This document shows positions 18,542 to 28,316 of a stretch of DNA of 32,000 bases, piece after piece (the first letter of the stretch is position 1; every line of letters starts with the position of its first letter). A program made the position numbers and the translations under genes. The notes under the pieces were generated by a model that searched no databases, had not been told where the DNA came from, and was given only the letters and a program-made list of their open reading frames with translations. Origin of the DNA: Desulfobulbus propionicus DSM 2032 (GTDB lineage Bacteria; Desulfobacterota; Desulfobulbia; Desulfobulbales; Desulfobulbaceae). Location: contig NC_014972.1 of assembly GCF_000186885.1 (NCBI RefSeq), forward strand, positions 330,001 to 362,000, in the 5' to 3' direction.

Positions 18542-19287
18542 AGAGCATCGGAACCAACAAGAGCGCCTATTTTGTTCCTGTTTTCAACCAGGTTCGCGAA
18601 CTTCCCCAGGTCCTCGACGAGATAAGGGTGGCGAATGTTCCCTGCGACACCTTTATATTTGTCAACGACGGTTCGACCGACGGATCGGAACAGGTTCTCG
18701 CCGATTATGGTTACTCTTGGTTGACCAATGAAAAAAGGATGGGACTCGGCTATTGCTACATGAAGGCGCTTGATTGGGCGCTTGAACATGGGTACTCTTT
18801 TTTCGGGACTATGGCAGCCAACGGCAAGATGCTCCCGTCGGAGATGCCTCGCCTACTCGGGCCGGTGATGCGGGGAGAAGTGGACTATGCCACCGGTAGC
18901 CGTTTTCTGCAGGGGGGCGCCTCGCCAAATCTTCCAGCTTTTCGACGGACCATGATCCCGTTCGTCAACCACTACGTTCATTTTCTTACCGGAGCGCGCC
19001 TGACTGACGCAACCTGCGGTTATCGGGCCTTTTCACTCGATATCATCCGCAAGGCCAATTTTGACTGGCACAAACCGTGGATGTACGCTTACGGCTTTGA
19101 AAGCTATCTCTATGCCAAGGTCCTGCTGTCAGAAACTATACGATGGCATGAGGTCCCCATAACCATGCGTTATCCTCAAAAAGGTGTTCCCTACAGCAAG
19201 ATCGTCCCCTTCAAGGGTTGGTATGACATGTTGAAACCCTGGCTCATAGCCCGCCTTGACGGCTACAGTTTGGACGAGAGGATTTGA
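18538..19287 (+). CDS. GT2 glycosyltransferase
   Basis: AYFVPVFNQVRELPQVLDEIR...TFIFVNDGSTDGSEQVL...YATGSRFLQGGASPNLPAFRRTMIPFVNHYVHFLTGARLTDATCGYRAF. ATG 18538 shares an ATGA overlap with the preceding stop. Confidence 0.9.
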   Translation: MKSIGTNKSAYFVPVFNQVRELPQVLDEIRVANVPCDTFIFVNDGSTDGSEQVLADYGYSWLTNEKRMGLGYCYMKALDWALEHGYSFFGTMAANGKMLPSEMPRLLGPVMRGEVDYATGSRFLQGGASPNLPAFRRTMIPFVNHYVHFLTGARLTDATCGYRAFSLDIIRKANFDWHKPWMYAYGFESYLYAKVLLSETIRWHEVPITMRYPQKGVPYSKIVPFKGWYDMLKPWLIARLDGYSLDERI

Positions 19288-19305
19288 TAATTGGGTTCCG
19301 CCAGA

Positions 19306-20379
19306 ATGTTTTTCTCCACCTTCATGGGGATAGCCCTGTCGGCGGCCTTGTTTTACCTGGCATTCCGGAATGTTCCTTTGCGGGAATTAATCCTCTATCT
19401 CCGCCAGGTTGAGATTGGCTGGATAGCTCCTTCCCTAATGGTGATATTAGGCGCTTTTTTTATCCGAGCGGAACGTTTGCGTCTTATTATCTCTGCATCG
19501 CATCCTCTCTCGTTTTCCCCGGTGTATCATCCCCTTGCTATCGGTTATTTGGCCAACTGCATAGTACCCGGCAGACTCGGAGAAATAATTCTTCCTGTCC
19601 TACTGAAAAAGAATAAAAAGGTTCCCTTGAGTACAGGGTTGGCGGCTGTTGTGGCCGAGCGAATTTTCGACCTGATCACCTTGCTGTTGCTCTTTACCTG
19701 TGTCATTCCTCTGGTACGGCTTGCCCCTTCCCAAAGCACTTCCTTTGCCGGGTACGAATTAAGTACAGGAACCCTGCATAATCTCGCAGGCAAGATGATG
19801 ATTCTTTGTGTTTTATTGCTCCTGTGCATCAACCTCGTCACCATCCAGGCAACAAAGAATTGGATCAAAGGGATTCTTCATCGCCTTTCTTCCATGTCGT
19901 TGTTTGCCTCCTCTCCACATGCACAGTCGCGTTGGCGTAAAGCCTGCCACTTGGCCGAAACATTTTTGGACAATATTGCCTCTGGTTTTTCATTGCTACG
20001 TTCGGCGAGAAGGCTTGCGCTGTGCGTTTTTTATTCCTTGGCTATTTGGGGCCTGGTGATTTTTGCAAACTATCTGCTGACCTTTGGCTGTCCTCGAATG
20101 AGTGGCCTGAGTTATGCAGAAATCAGTGCGATGACCATTTTCATCGGTTTTTTTGTCGCGTTGCCATCGGCTCCAGGTTTTTGGGGGGTATGGGAGGCGG
20201 GGGGTATTTTTGCGCTGAGTGTGTTTGGGATCAACACAACCGATGCAGCAGGATATACTTTGCTCAACCATGTGGTGCAAATTGGCACTTTTATCGTACT
20301 CGGCGTAGTTTCCGCCTTGTTAACCGAATTTAATTGGCGAAACATGCTTGTTCAAAAATCTTCATCGCATTACGAATGA
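19306..20379 (+). CDS. Lysylphosphatidylglycerol synthase TM region / flippase-like membrane protein
   Basis: Multi-TM; FFIRAERLRLI, LANCIVPGRLGEIILPVLLKKNKKVPLSTGLAAVVAERIFDLITLL, GFFVALPSAPGFWGVWEAGGIFAL. TTG 19291 or ATG 19306 start. Confidence 0.86.
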   Translation: MFFSTFMGIALSAALFYLAFRNVPLRELILYLRQVEIGWIAPSLMVILGAFFIRAERLRLIISASHPLSFSPVYHPLAIGYLANCIVPGRLGEIILPVLLKKNKKVPLSTGLAAVVAERIFDLITLLLLFTCVIPLVRLAPSQSTSFAGYELSTGTLHNLAGKMMILCVLLLLCINLVTIQATKNWIKGILHRLSSMSLFASSPHAQSRWRKACHLAETFLDNIASGFSLLRSARRLALCVFYSLAIWGLVIFANYLLTFGCPRMSGLSYAEISAMTIFIGFFVALPSAPGFWGVWEAGGIFALSVFGINTTDAAGYTLLNHVVQIGTFIVLGVVSALLTEFNWRNMLVQKSSSHYE

Positions 20380-20585
20380 TATACAAAGCAGGCAAAGAGA
20401 CGTTGATAGTCTCGTGGAAATATAAAAAAACAAACCTCGTGTAGTAAAGAAACAGTTAATTCGAAGATTAAAAGGTCAATTGCACCGATTTTTTTTAACG
20501 ACAAATACAAGAAAAAAATGTTAGCTAAAATTCAATTGAATTGTTTTGATAATATAAATAAAAAACAAAGAATACTATGTAGTTT

Positions 20586-22190
20586 ATGCATTTTTTTCAT
20601 ATTGATTTAAAGTTCCATATTCTTTTTTCACTTTTTCTCTGCGCTGCTCTCGGTTTGCGCATCCTTTTCTATCAAGGTCCTTCTGCTGCCGATGATATGA
20701 TCTATTTTTCGGTTGTCGAAAAGCTTCTTGCTGGAAAGGATGTGGGCGAAACGATTACCACTGCAGGCCATTGGGGTGCGCGAACAGGAATGGTCTTTCC
20801 GCTCTGGGGCGTGATGAAGTTTGCCGGCGTATCCGAGGCCGCTTCAATGATCTATCCCCTGGTCCTTTCCGCCGCAACCATGGTTCTGATCTATTTCTCC
20901 GGTTTCAACCTGTTCGGCCCCGCTCCGGCCTTGATTGCCCTTGCATCCTACGCCCTTTTGCCCCTGGATGTTCATTATGCAGGAATCATGTACCCGGATG
21001 GTCCGGTGGTCTTTTTCAGTTTTCTTTCGTTGTATCTGCTGTTTTTGGTATCTGGCTCAACAAAATTCTCCGTATGGGCTCCGCTTCTGGCCGGAATTTC
21101 TCTCGGCTTGGGATATTGCATCCGCGAAACATCGATCCTGCTCTTCATCATCGTGCCACTTCTTTTTGTGCCCGCGAAAAACAAGGTTGCCTACTGCAAG
21201 TCAGTGGTGCTGTTCGGCATTGGATTCGCACTGGTCCTAGCATGTGAGATGCTCTTATTTTGGTTTTTGACGGATAACTTGTTTGCCCGTTTTCAAATAC
21301 TCACCCAAAAAACCCAGGTGCTGACACCACATCAATATCCTTTCATTCCCCGGTTCCACAGTTACTTCTGGGACGGCCCCATCCTACTTTTTGCCACCTA
21401 CTGGATGGCGCCGTTGCTGATTCCTCTTGTTCTCATTGCTGCCCCTTTTGCCTTCCTATGGGAACGGCAATACACCGACCAGCGAAAGGAGGACGGGAAG
21501 GTACTGTGGTTGGCCATTCTCGCTCTCGCTGTTCTCCTTTTTTTTATTTATGCCCCAGTGATCGGCTTTACCAAGCCGTTGGAGCGGGATGAGCGATATT
21601 ATTTGATTGTCATGCCGTTGTTCGCTCTGCTTTTCGGCGTCATGGTAGATCATGTTTTCCGATCGGGGAAGCTATGGAAAAAATTTGCGATTTTCACGCT
21701 GGTCATTAATTTAATCCTCTCGCTTTTTGCCCTTGGGTGCATTGTCAATAAAAACTCCATCGGCTTGACAGAGATCCATGCGTTTATACATGCAACTCCT
21801 GCCGCAAAGTACCTGCTTCCAGAAGCGTTGGCTCCTGCGTTACGCCTGAAGGTCGGTGGTGCGACAGAGTCGGAGAAAATAACGTCCTATCGGTACAGCG
21901 ATAATCCAATTTTACCAGTCCAAGGCTTAAGCGATCAGGCATATCTCTTTTACATTCCCTATCTTCATCGCATCCAACCAGATTGGACGGGACCCATGCA
22001 CTGGCCGGCAGAGCGTTATGTGTTATGGAAGGTGTTGCACACCGAATCTTCCCTTTCTTGCCGCCTCTTACAGCAAGTCCGCTTGCTCGACGCTCTGCCT
22101 GAATTTTTCTCCAAGAGAGTATGCGTTTCCCCGGATGTCCACGTATATACATTCAGACAAACCACTACTAGCTTTTCCGGCCATGACTGA
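20586..22190 (+). CDS. GT39/ArnT-like integral membrane glycosyltransferase
   Basis: 534 aa, many TM segments; LRILFYQGPSAADDMIYFSVVEKLLAG...YALLPLDVHYAGIMYPDGPVVFFSFLSLYLLF...LGLGYCIRETSILLFIIVPL...ERDERYYLIVMPLFALL. Confidence 0.8.
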   Translation: MHFFHIDLKFHILFSLFLCAALGLRILFYQGPSAADDMIYFSVVEKLLAGKDVGETITTAGHWGARTGMVFPLWGVMKFAGVSEAASMIYPLVLSAATMVLIYFSGFNLFGPAPALIALASYALLPLDVHYAGIMYPDGPVVFFSFLSLYLLFLVSGSTKFSVWAPLLAGISLGLGYCIRETSILLFIIVPLLFVPAKNKVAYCKSVVLFGIGFALVLACEMLLFWFLTDNLFARFQILTQKTQVLTPHQYPFIPRFHSYFWDGPILLFATYWMAPLLIPLVLIAAPFAFLWERQYTDQRKEDGKVLWLAILALAVLLFFIYAPVIGFTKPLERDERYYLIVMPLFALLFGVMVDHVFRSGKLWKKFAIFTLVINLILSLFALGCIVNKNSIGLTEIHAFIHATPAAKYLLPEALAPALRLKVGGATESEKITSYRYSDNPILPVQGLSDQAYLFYIPYLHRIQPDWTGPMHWPAERYVLWKVLHTESSLSCRLLQQVRLLDALPEFFSKRVCVSPDVHVYTFRQTTTSFSGHD

Positions 22191-24806
22191 AACCATTGAC
22201 ATCCACTGCACCAACAAGGGTGCTTCACCGCTGCAGCATTATCCCGTACAGGTTGGCTACCTTTTGGCCGAACTCTCCTGACATCGGCCGAGCAGCAACT
22301 CTACCTGGTTGACGAAACCGGTCGTTCAAAACCTTTGCAAACCTTCCCGCTGGCCTTGTGGCCGGATGGCAGCATCAAATGGCTGCTGGTCGATTTTTTT
22401 GTTGATTTACCAGGGAACACACAGAGAACTTACACATTGGTTCGTCATCCGGAGCCGCCGCCCTCAGCCTTCCCTGTTGTCATCTGCCATCAAAGCGTGG
22501 AGAGCTGGATCGTCGAGACCGGTACCGCCGAATTTATGGTCAACACCCGCATCCTGAAGCCCTTTGATCAGGTCTCGATTGGCGTCAATAGCCACCACAG
22601 GACCAAAGCTATCGAGTCCAGCCAGTTATGTTTGCTCGATGATCAGGGCAGGAATCTCGATGCACGCATTGAGACCCTGGTACTCGAGACTTGCGGAGCT
22701 GTACGTTGTACTGTGGTGGCCTGCGGGACCATGATCGACGCAGCGGAGAAAACACTTGGCTTCGAGGCTCGCTTGCATTTTTATCAGGGGACCGCTCAAA
22801 CCACCATAGAGTTCAGGCTCCATAATCCGCAAGCAGCCCGGCATTTTGGTGGCCTTTGGGACCTTGGTGACCCAGGATCCTTTTTTTTCAAGGAGTGCGG
22901 ATTTCGTTTTACTCTCCCTCGGCAACCGATGCATTTTTCATGGCAAATGGAATCAGGCGATCCTTGGTACGAGCTGGGTCCGGGGGAAAACTGGACCGTC
23001 TACCAGGAATCCAGTGGTGGCGATCACTGGAACAGTCCCAATCATCGCAACCATCAAGGCAAGGTGCCGCTCACCTTTCGCGGGTACAAGGTTCTGGACG
23101 ATCAGGGGGAGGTGACGCATGGTGATCGGGCAGAACCGGTCCTGGTGTGCCAAATGGATTCCGGGGCGGTCCTTTCGACGTATATATCAAACTTTTGGCA
23201 AAAATTTCCAAAAAGCATTACCGGAGGCGGGCAAGAGCTGGTCATCGGGCTTTTCCCCGGAGCATTTCCGGACCTGCACGAACTGCAGGGTGGTGAACAG
23301 GCGACCAATCACATCTGGCTCGATTGCGCCGCCGATCCCAAGACCGCTGCGTTTGGCAACGCCATGGTAACGGTCCAGGCGGATGAAGCCTGCCTGATCC
23401 GATCCGCCGTATTCAAGGATTTTTCATGGAGCAAGGAGGACACTCCGTTCTCCGAACTGCTTCGGGAAGGTCTTGAGGGAACAAGAGGCTTCTACGCCAA
23501 GCGGGAGATGATCGACGAGTATGGCTGGCGCCATTTCGGCGAGTTGTATGCGGATCATGAATCCGCTCAAAGTCCTGACATCCCTTTTTTTATCTCACAT
23601 TACAACAACCAGTACGATCCGTTGTACGGGATGTATCGGCAGTACTTGACCAGTGGCGACGAGCGCTGGCGGCAACTGGCCGCCGATCTGGCCGCCCATG
23701 TGGCCGATATTGACATCAACCACACGAACAGGGACCGTGAGGAATATAACCACGGCCTTTTCTGGCACACCGATCATTATCTCGATGCAGGTACTGCAAC
23801 CCACCGCATGGCTTCACGCGAACACCTGCTCAAAAAGAATCCCGCCTTCTGCGGCGGCGGTCCGGGCGCCGAGCATTGCTACACTTCCGGACTGGCAGTG
23901 CATTATCTGCTCACCGGTGATCCCCGTTTCAAAGAACTGGTTCTCCAGTTGGCCGACTGGTGCTATCTGTCGCTTCGCGGCCCTCAAACCATTCTGGCTG
24001 CATTGTTGCGTGCGCTCAAAGGCGCAAAGACCCTTGCCCGGCAACAGGGCAGCCCACGACTATGGCACCGTTTCCCTCTCACCAGGGGCACGGGCAATTG
24101 CATCAAATCCAACCTCGACGCTTTTGATCTCAGTGGAGACCGCCGCTATCTCGACCGAGCCGCATCGCTGATCCGGCAGACGGTGCATCCATGCGATCCG
24201 CTGGAGGAGCGCGACCTGCTCAACGCCGAAGTCGCCTGGTCCTATACGGTTTTCCTGGCGGCGGTGGGAATGTTTCTTGCCAAGAAGGCAGAATGGAACG
24301 AATACGACAATGCCTATGCCCATAGCCGCGAATCCTTTCTCCATTACGCCCGGTGGATGGCTAGGCATGAATATCCCTATCTTGACAACCAGGTCATTCT
24401 GGAATTTCCCGAAGTGACCTGGGCAGGGCAAGACATGCGCAAAAGTGTTCTCTTTTACTTCGCCGCCGGATTGTGCGACAATCCCGAAGAGCAGTCGCTG
24501 TATTTGGAGCGTTGCCGCTTCTTTCTTGACGCAGCCGCCAGGGAAATGCACAATTCCGATGCGAGCCTGTACACTCGACCCTTGGCACTTGTTCTGCAAA
24601 ACAGTTGGGTGGCCGGGAAGGCAGGCAATGCCCCACCTCTGGCCGACTCACCAGGAGAGACGGCGCGCAACCGCCGTCCTCAGGCACCCCGCCTGACGAT
24701 GTTCACCTTGCTGAAGCGTACCGCCCGCGATATGGGCGAAGTGCTCCGGGAGACCAACCTGAAACGGGAACAACGATGGCTGGCGGCCCGGTTGAGAGAT
24801 CGTTGA
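22183..24806 (+). pseudogene. Large RGLX/YetA-like putative polysaccharide lyase/hydrolase with one frameshift near the N-terminus
   Basis: ATG 22183 overlaps the previous stop and reads MTETIDIHCTNKGASPLQHYPVQVGY. It then needs one inserted nt at about 22261-22265 to continue PFGRTLLTSAEQQLYLVDETGRSKPLQTFPLALWPDGSIKWLLVDFFVDLPG. The remaining 823 aa are open (ORF 22335-24806) and contain an alpha-barrel-like region. Confidence 0.68.
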
Positions 24807-24807
24807 A

Positions 24808-25812
24808 ATGACCATGCCCCAGATTATCAAAAAGCTGCTCTGTGAGACCATGGTCCTGTGCGGGCTGGCACGGGCCGGTCGATTGCGGAATCGGAGCAAA
24901 TTGCTGGTCGTCATGTATCACGGCGTCAGCCGCTTGCCACACTTAGACCCGATCTGGACCCAACTTCCAGTGGAACGCTTTGAACGGCAACTCGATTTTC
25001 TCCAGCGTTGGTATTGCCCCGTCACCCTCGCCCAGGTTCTCCGGGCCCTTCGGGGCAAGCAAACACTGCCGCCAAGAGCGGTATTGCTCACCTTTGACGA
25101 CGGCCTTCGCAACAATTACACCGTGGCGTGGCCGATATTGAGAGCCAGGAAAATACCGGCCACAGTTTTTTTGACCGTGGACTACATCGGCGGTCATCGG
25201 CTGCTCTGGCCGGATGAACTCTATCTCCTAGTCAAGAATGCCCATGAAAACGCCCAGGCTCTTCCGGAACCATTCGCCAGCCTATGCCTGCAAACCGAGA
25301 CAGTCTGGCCACGTTATGCGATCTTGGTCGAGGCACTGAAAAGGATGGACGATGACCAGCGCCAACAGGCCATGGATGCCCTGCGCCGGGCAACACCACT
25401 GCCCGACCATGCCCATTGCGAAGACTTCACCCTGCTCAACTGGCAAGAGGTAGATACCATGCACCGGGATGGCCTGATGGATTTCGGTGTGCATACGGCC
25501 TCCCATATCATTCTCAGCCGCATCGCGCCGGGAGATCTGAAAAAGGAAATCGTCTGGCCCAAAAAGAGATTGGAGGAAAAGCTGGGCCATGAGGTGGAGG
25601 CCTTCTGTTATCCCAACGGCAGGAGCGGCATCGATTTTCACGAGGAGCATAAGACCGGGCTTCACCAGGCCGGATACGCCTGTGCCTTCACCACCGACCA
25701 CGGCCTGCATGCCATGGGCACCGACCCCTTTGCCATCAAACGGATTGCCGCCGGCAACGACATGACCTCCGACCCGGCCTTTTTTCAATTGGCCTGTTCC
25801 GGCATAATCTGA
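24808..25812 (+). CDS. Polysaccharide deacetylase family protein (NodB-type)
   Basis: LLVVMYHGVSRLPH...AVLLTFDDGLRNNYTVAWPILRARKIPATVFLTVDYIGG...MDFGVHTASHIILSRI...VEAFCYPNGRSGIDF. Confidence 0.92.
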   Translation: MTMPQIIKKLLCETMVLCGLARAGRLRNRSKLLVVMYHGVSRLPHLDPIWTQLPVERFERQLDFLQRWYCPVTLAQVLRALRGKQTLPPRAVLLTFDDGLRNNYTVAWPILRARKIPATVFLTVDYIGGHRLLWPDELYLLVKNAHENAQALPEPFASLCLQTETVWPRYAILVEALKRMDDDQRQQAMDALRRATPLPDHAHCEDFTLLNWQEVDTMHRDGLMDFGVHTASHIILSRIAPGDLKKEIVWPKKRLEEKLGHEVEAFCYPNGRSGIDFHEEHKTGLHQAGYACAFTTDHGLHAMGTDPFAIKRIAAGNDMTSDPAFFQLACSGII

Positions 25813-25824
25813 GGAGTAGCACGG

Positions 25825-26994
25825 ATGTCTGCTCAAAAAATCTACAGAACCTTTCCATCCATCAACCCTGCTACGGTTTTTCGAAAAATCAGGGAAGAAA
25901 ATCCAATTCTAGACGCAAAGCGTTTTTACCTCTATGCAAGTGGTCGTGCCGCGCTTTATCACGGCGCATTGTGCCTCAAAAAAATAGGCATTCATACCAT
26001 ATACGCCCCTGAATACCATTGCGGCGTTGAGATTGAAGCCTTGGTACGAGCTGGTTTGATTGTGCGTTTTTACCCAATTAAACAAGATCTCTCAAGCGAT
26101 CTTGTTTGGTTAGAATCGAACATGGTAGAAACGAATTGCGCTTTATTAGTAATTCATTATTTCGGATTTGCACAACCGCTTGATCAGATTGTTCAATTAT
26201 GCAAGCGTAAAAAGATACTTTTAATCGAAGATTGCGCACACGCCCTGTATTCTTCATTTGAAAATAATTTTTTAGGTTCATTTGGCGATATGGCCATTTT
26301 TAGCCTCCATAAAACTATTCCAATGCCGAATGGTGGTGGATTGCTTATTAATAATAAAGAAATACCTACACCTAACCCTGTAAAAATTAAATATGATTTT
26401 GTTTTATTGAAAATTACTCTAAGATCAATTCTCAATTATTACATTAATGCAGGGAAAATCATGGCTCTGTTTTCTCAAAGCATTATAAATCTCTACAATA
26501 AATTAATATATAACCGCGATGTAGTTATCCATCATATTGAAGAAAATCAGAATAGTTCTCCATGGTATTACGAAGTTAAGCAATATAATTACAAAGATGG
26601 AATAGCAATTATTTCAAAAATATTGCTACGTCCTCAATCGTATAAAAAAATAATTGAAAAAAGAAAATTTAATTACAACAAGCTGTTGAGATCATTAAAT
26701 TTTGGACCATTATTTCTTCCTGTTTTTGGAGAATTACCTGAAGGATGTAATCCTCTTTGCCTTCCTTTAAAAGTAAATAACAGTGATTATTGGTTAAAAA
26801 AACTGCAAAATTCAAATTTGGAAATTTTTGTATTTGGCAGATTTTGTCATCCTCTTTATAATCGCAATGAAATCAAATCTAATGAATTAGGAAGAAAAAT
26901 TATTTGCCTACCTATTCATCAACAATTAAATCAAAGTGATATGAATCAATTAATAACATTAATCAATGAAAATTTACGTGTTAAGGATAACTGA
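25825..26994 (+). CDS. DegT/DnrJ-like PLP-dependent aminotransferase family protein
   Basis: RFYLYASGRAALYHGALCLKKIGIHTIYAPEYHCGVEIEALVRAGL...LLVIHYFGFAQPLDQI...ILLIEDCAHALYS...GSFGDMAIFSLHKTIPMPNGGGLLI. Confidence 0.82.
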   Translation: MSAQKIYRTFPSINPATVFRKIREENPILDAKRFYLYASGRAALYHGALCLKKIGIHTIYAPEYHCGVEIEALVRAGLIVRFYPIKQDLSSDLVWLESNMVETNCALLVIHYFGFAQPLDQIVQLCKRKKILLIEDCAHALYSSFENNFLGSFGDMAIFSLHKTIPMPNGGGLLINNKEIPTPNPVKIKYDFVLLKITLRSILNYYINAGKIMALFSQSIINLYNKLIYNRDVVIHHIEENQNSSPWYYEVKQYNYKDGIAIISKILLRPQSYKKIIEKRKFNYNKLLRSLNFGPLFLPVFGELPEGCNPLCLPLKVNNSDYWLKKLQNSNLEIFVFGRFCHPLYNRNEIKSNELGRKIICLPIHQQLNQSDMNQLITLINENLRVKDN

Positions 26995-26999
26995 CGGTA

Positions 27000-28316
27000 A
27001 TGCGGGTAATTTTATTAAAAATTTTATTTCCAATTCTATCATTATTTAGTTTTGTTAATCCATTTTATGGAGTCATTAACTATACTTTTATTTCAGTAAT
27101 TAGGCCAGAGCAACTAACATACGGTTCACCAATCATTGGGAACGTATTTGCTTTGGCAATAGGTTGCTTATTCATTGCTTGTATTACCAAAAAAGAAAAA
27201 TTAATTTTTGCAATTTCAAATAAATTTTTTGTAAGTTTTTTATTATTTGTAATTTTTCTATATGTATCAACATACTTTAGTCCTTTTACGGATTTCACTG
27301 AAACACGTGGTAGCATATATTATCTTCAGCAATTTCCACAGATTTTTGTTTTTTGCCTTTGCTTATATGCTGTGCTTACTAGATTAACGAAAAAAGAAGT
27401 TCAATTTTATTTATATATATTGACTTTTTTATTTTTATTTATGGGATTATGGGGGATTGAACAATATTTTCGTGGAAATACACTGGTAGAAAATCTTTTT
27501 GGCACAGCCATTGTCGATCGATGTGGAATAACAGCTGTTTTTATACTATACTTTCCAATCTCTTTATATTTATTTATTTCTAATAAAGGATTCAAAAAAA
27601 TATTTGGCCTTATCAGTTCCATTACTTTCATGGTTATGATAATTTTAACTCAATCGAGAGCTGGTTTTCTTGGTTTTTTGATGACTCTTTTTGTTTTGTG
27701 GCTGCACTCAAAACAAAAAATAAAATTATTATTGATATCATTTGTTTTTGTAATTCCTGTCTTATTTATTTTGCCTAACGAGTATATCTCTAGAATAAAA
27801 ACTATTAAATATGATTCGGTTAAAAATGAAGAAATTTTAGATTTGTCTGCAGCTTCAAGGATTGTTTTATGGAAAATTGCTTTAAAAATATTTCAAGATA
27901 ACCCGGTCGCAGGGATTGGAAATTTGAATTTTTCCAAGGCTGGAATAATCTATCATTCTGATTTTATAGGTAAAATAAATGAAGATTTATATGAATATAT
28001 ATTCGATCATAAAACAATTAAATTGTCTCATAGTCATAATACTTTTATTAATATTCTAGCAGAAGGTGGACTTATTGCAACTATTCCGTTTTTTATTGTT
28101 CTATTTTTACCAATAGTAAACGGACATTTTTTGATAAAAAAATATATCAACAAAGAAAATGATTATGCAAAACTCTTGTTATATATAAACAGTGGCTTGA
28201 TTGGATTTTATGTAGCAGCTATTTTTGCGAATCTATTATTACTCGATTTTCTTTATTGGAATCTTACACTTTCATATTTTATTGGAAATAAGATATACAA
28301 TGATAGTGAATTATAA
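27000..28316 (+). CDS. O-antigen ligase / Wzy-like polymerase family membrane protein
   Basis: 438 aa, multi-TM; FSFVNPFYGVINYTFISVIRPEQLTYG...ILTQSRAGFLGFLMTLFVLWLH...AASRIVLWKIALKIFQDNPVAGIGNLNF...HSHNTFINILAEGGLIATIPFFI. Confidence 0.87.
   Translation: MRVILLKILFPILSLFSFVNPFYGVINYTFISVIRPEQLTYGSPIIGNVFALAIGCLFIACITKKEKLIFAISNKFFVSFLLFVIFLYVSTYFSPFTDFTETRGSIYYLQQFPQIFVFCLCLYAVLTRLTKKEVQFYLYILTFLFLFMGLWGIEQYFRGNTLVENLFGTAIVDRCGITAVFILYFPISLYLFISNKGFKKIFGLISSITFMVMIILTQSRAGFLGFLMTLFVLWLHSKQKIKLLLISFVFVIPVLFILPNEYISRIKTIKYDSVKNEEILDLSAASRIVLWKIALKIFQDNPVAGIGNLNFSKAGIIYHSDFIGKINEDLYEYIFDHKTIKLSHSHNTFINILAEGGLIATIPFFIVLFLPIVNGHFLIKKYINKENDYAKLLLYINSGLIGFYVAAIFANLLLLDFLYWNLTLSYFIGNKIYNDSEL

Noticed and set aside
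20396-20430. GAGAC-GTTGATA-GTCTC hairpin in the 20380-20585 intergenic gap, considered as a terminator
   Set aside because: The stem is only 5 bp and it is followed by mixed A-rich sequence, not a T tract; not convincing.
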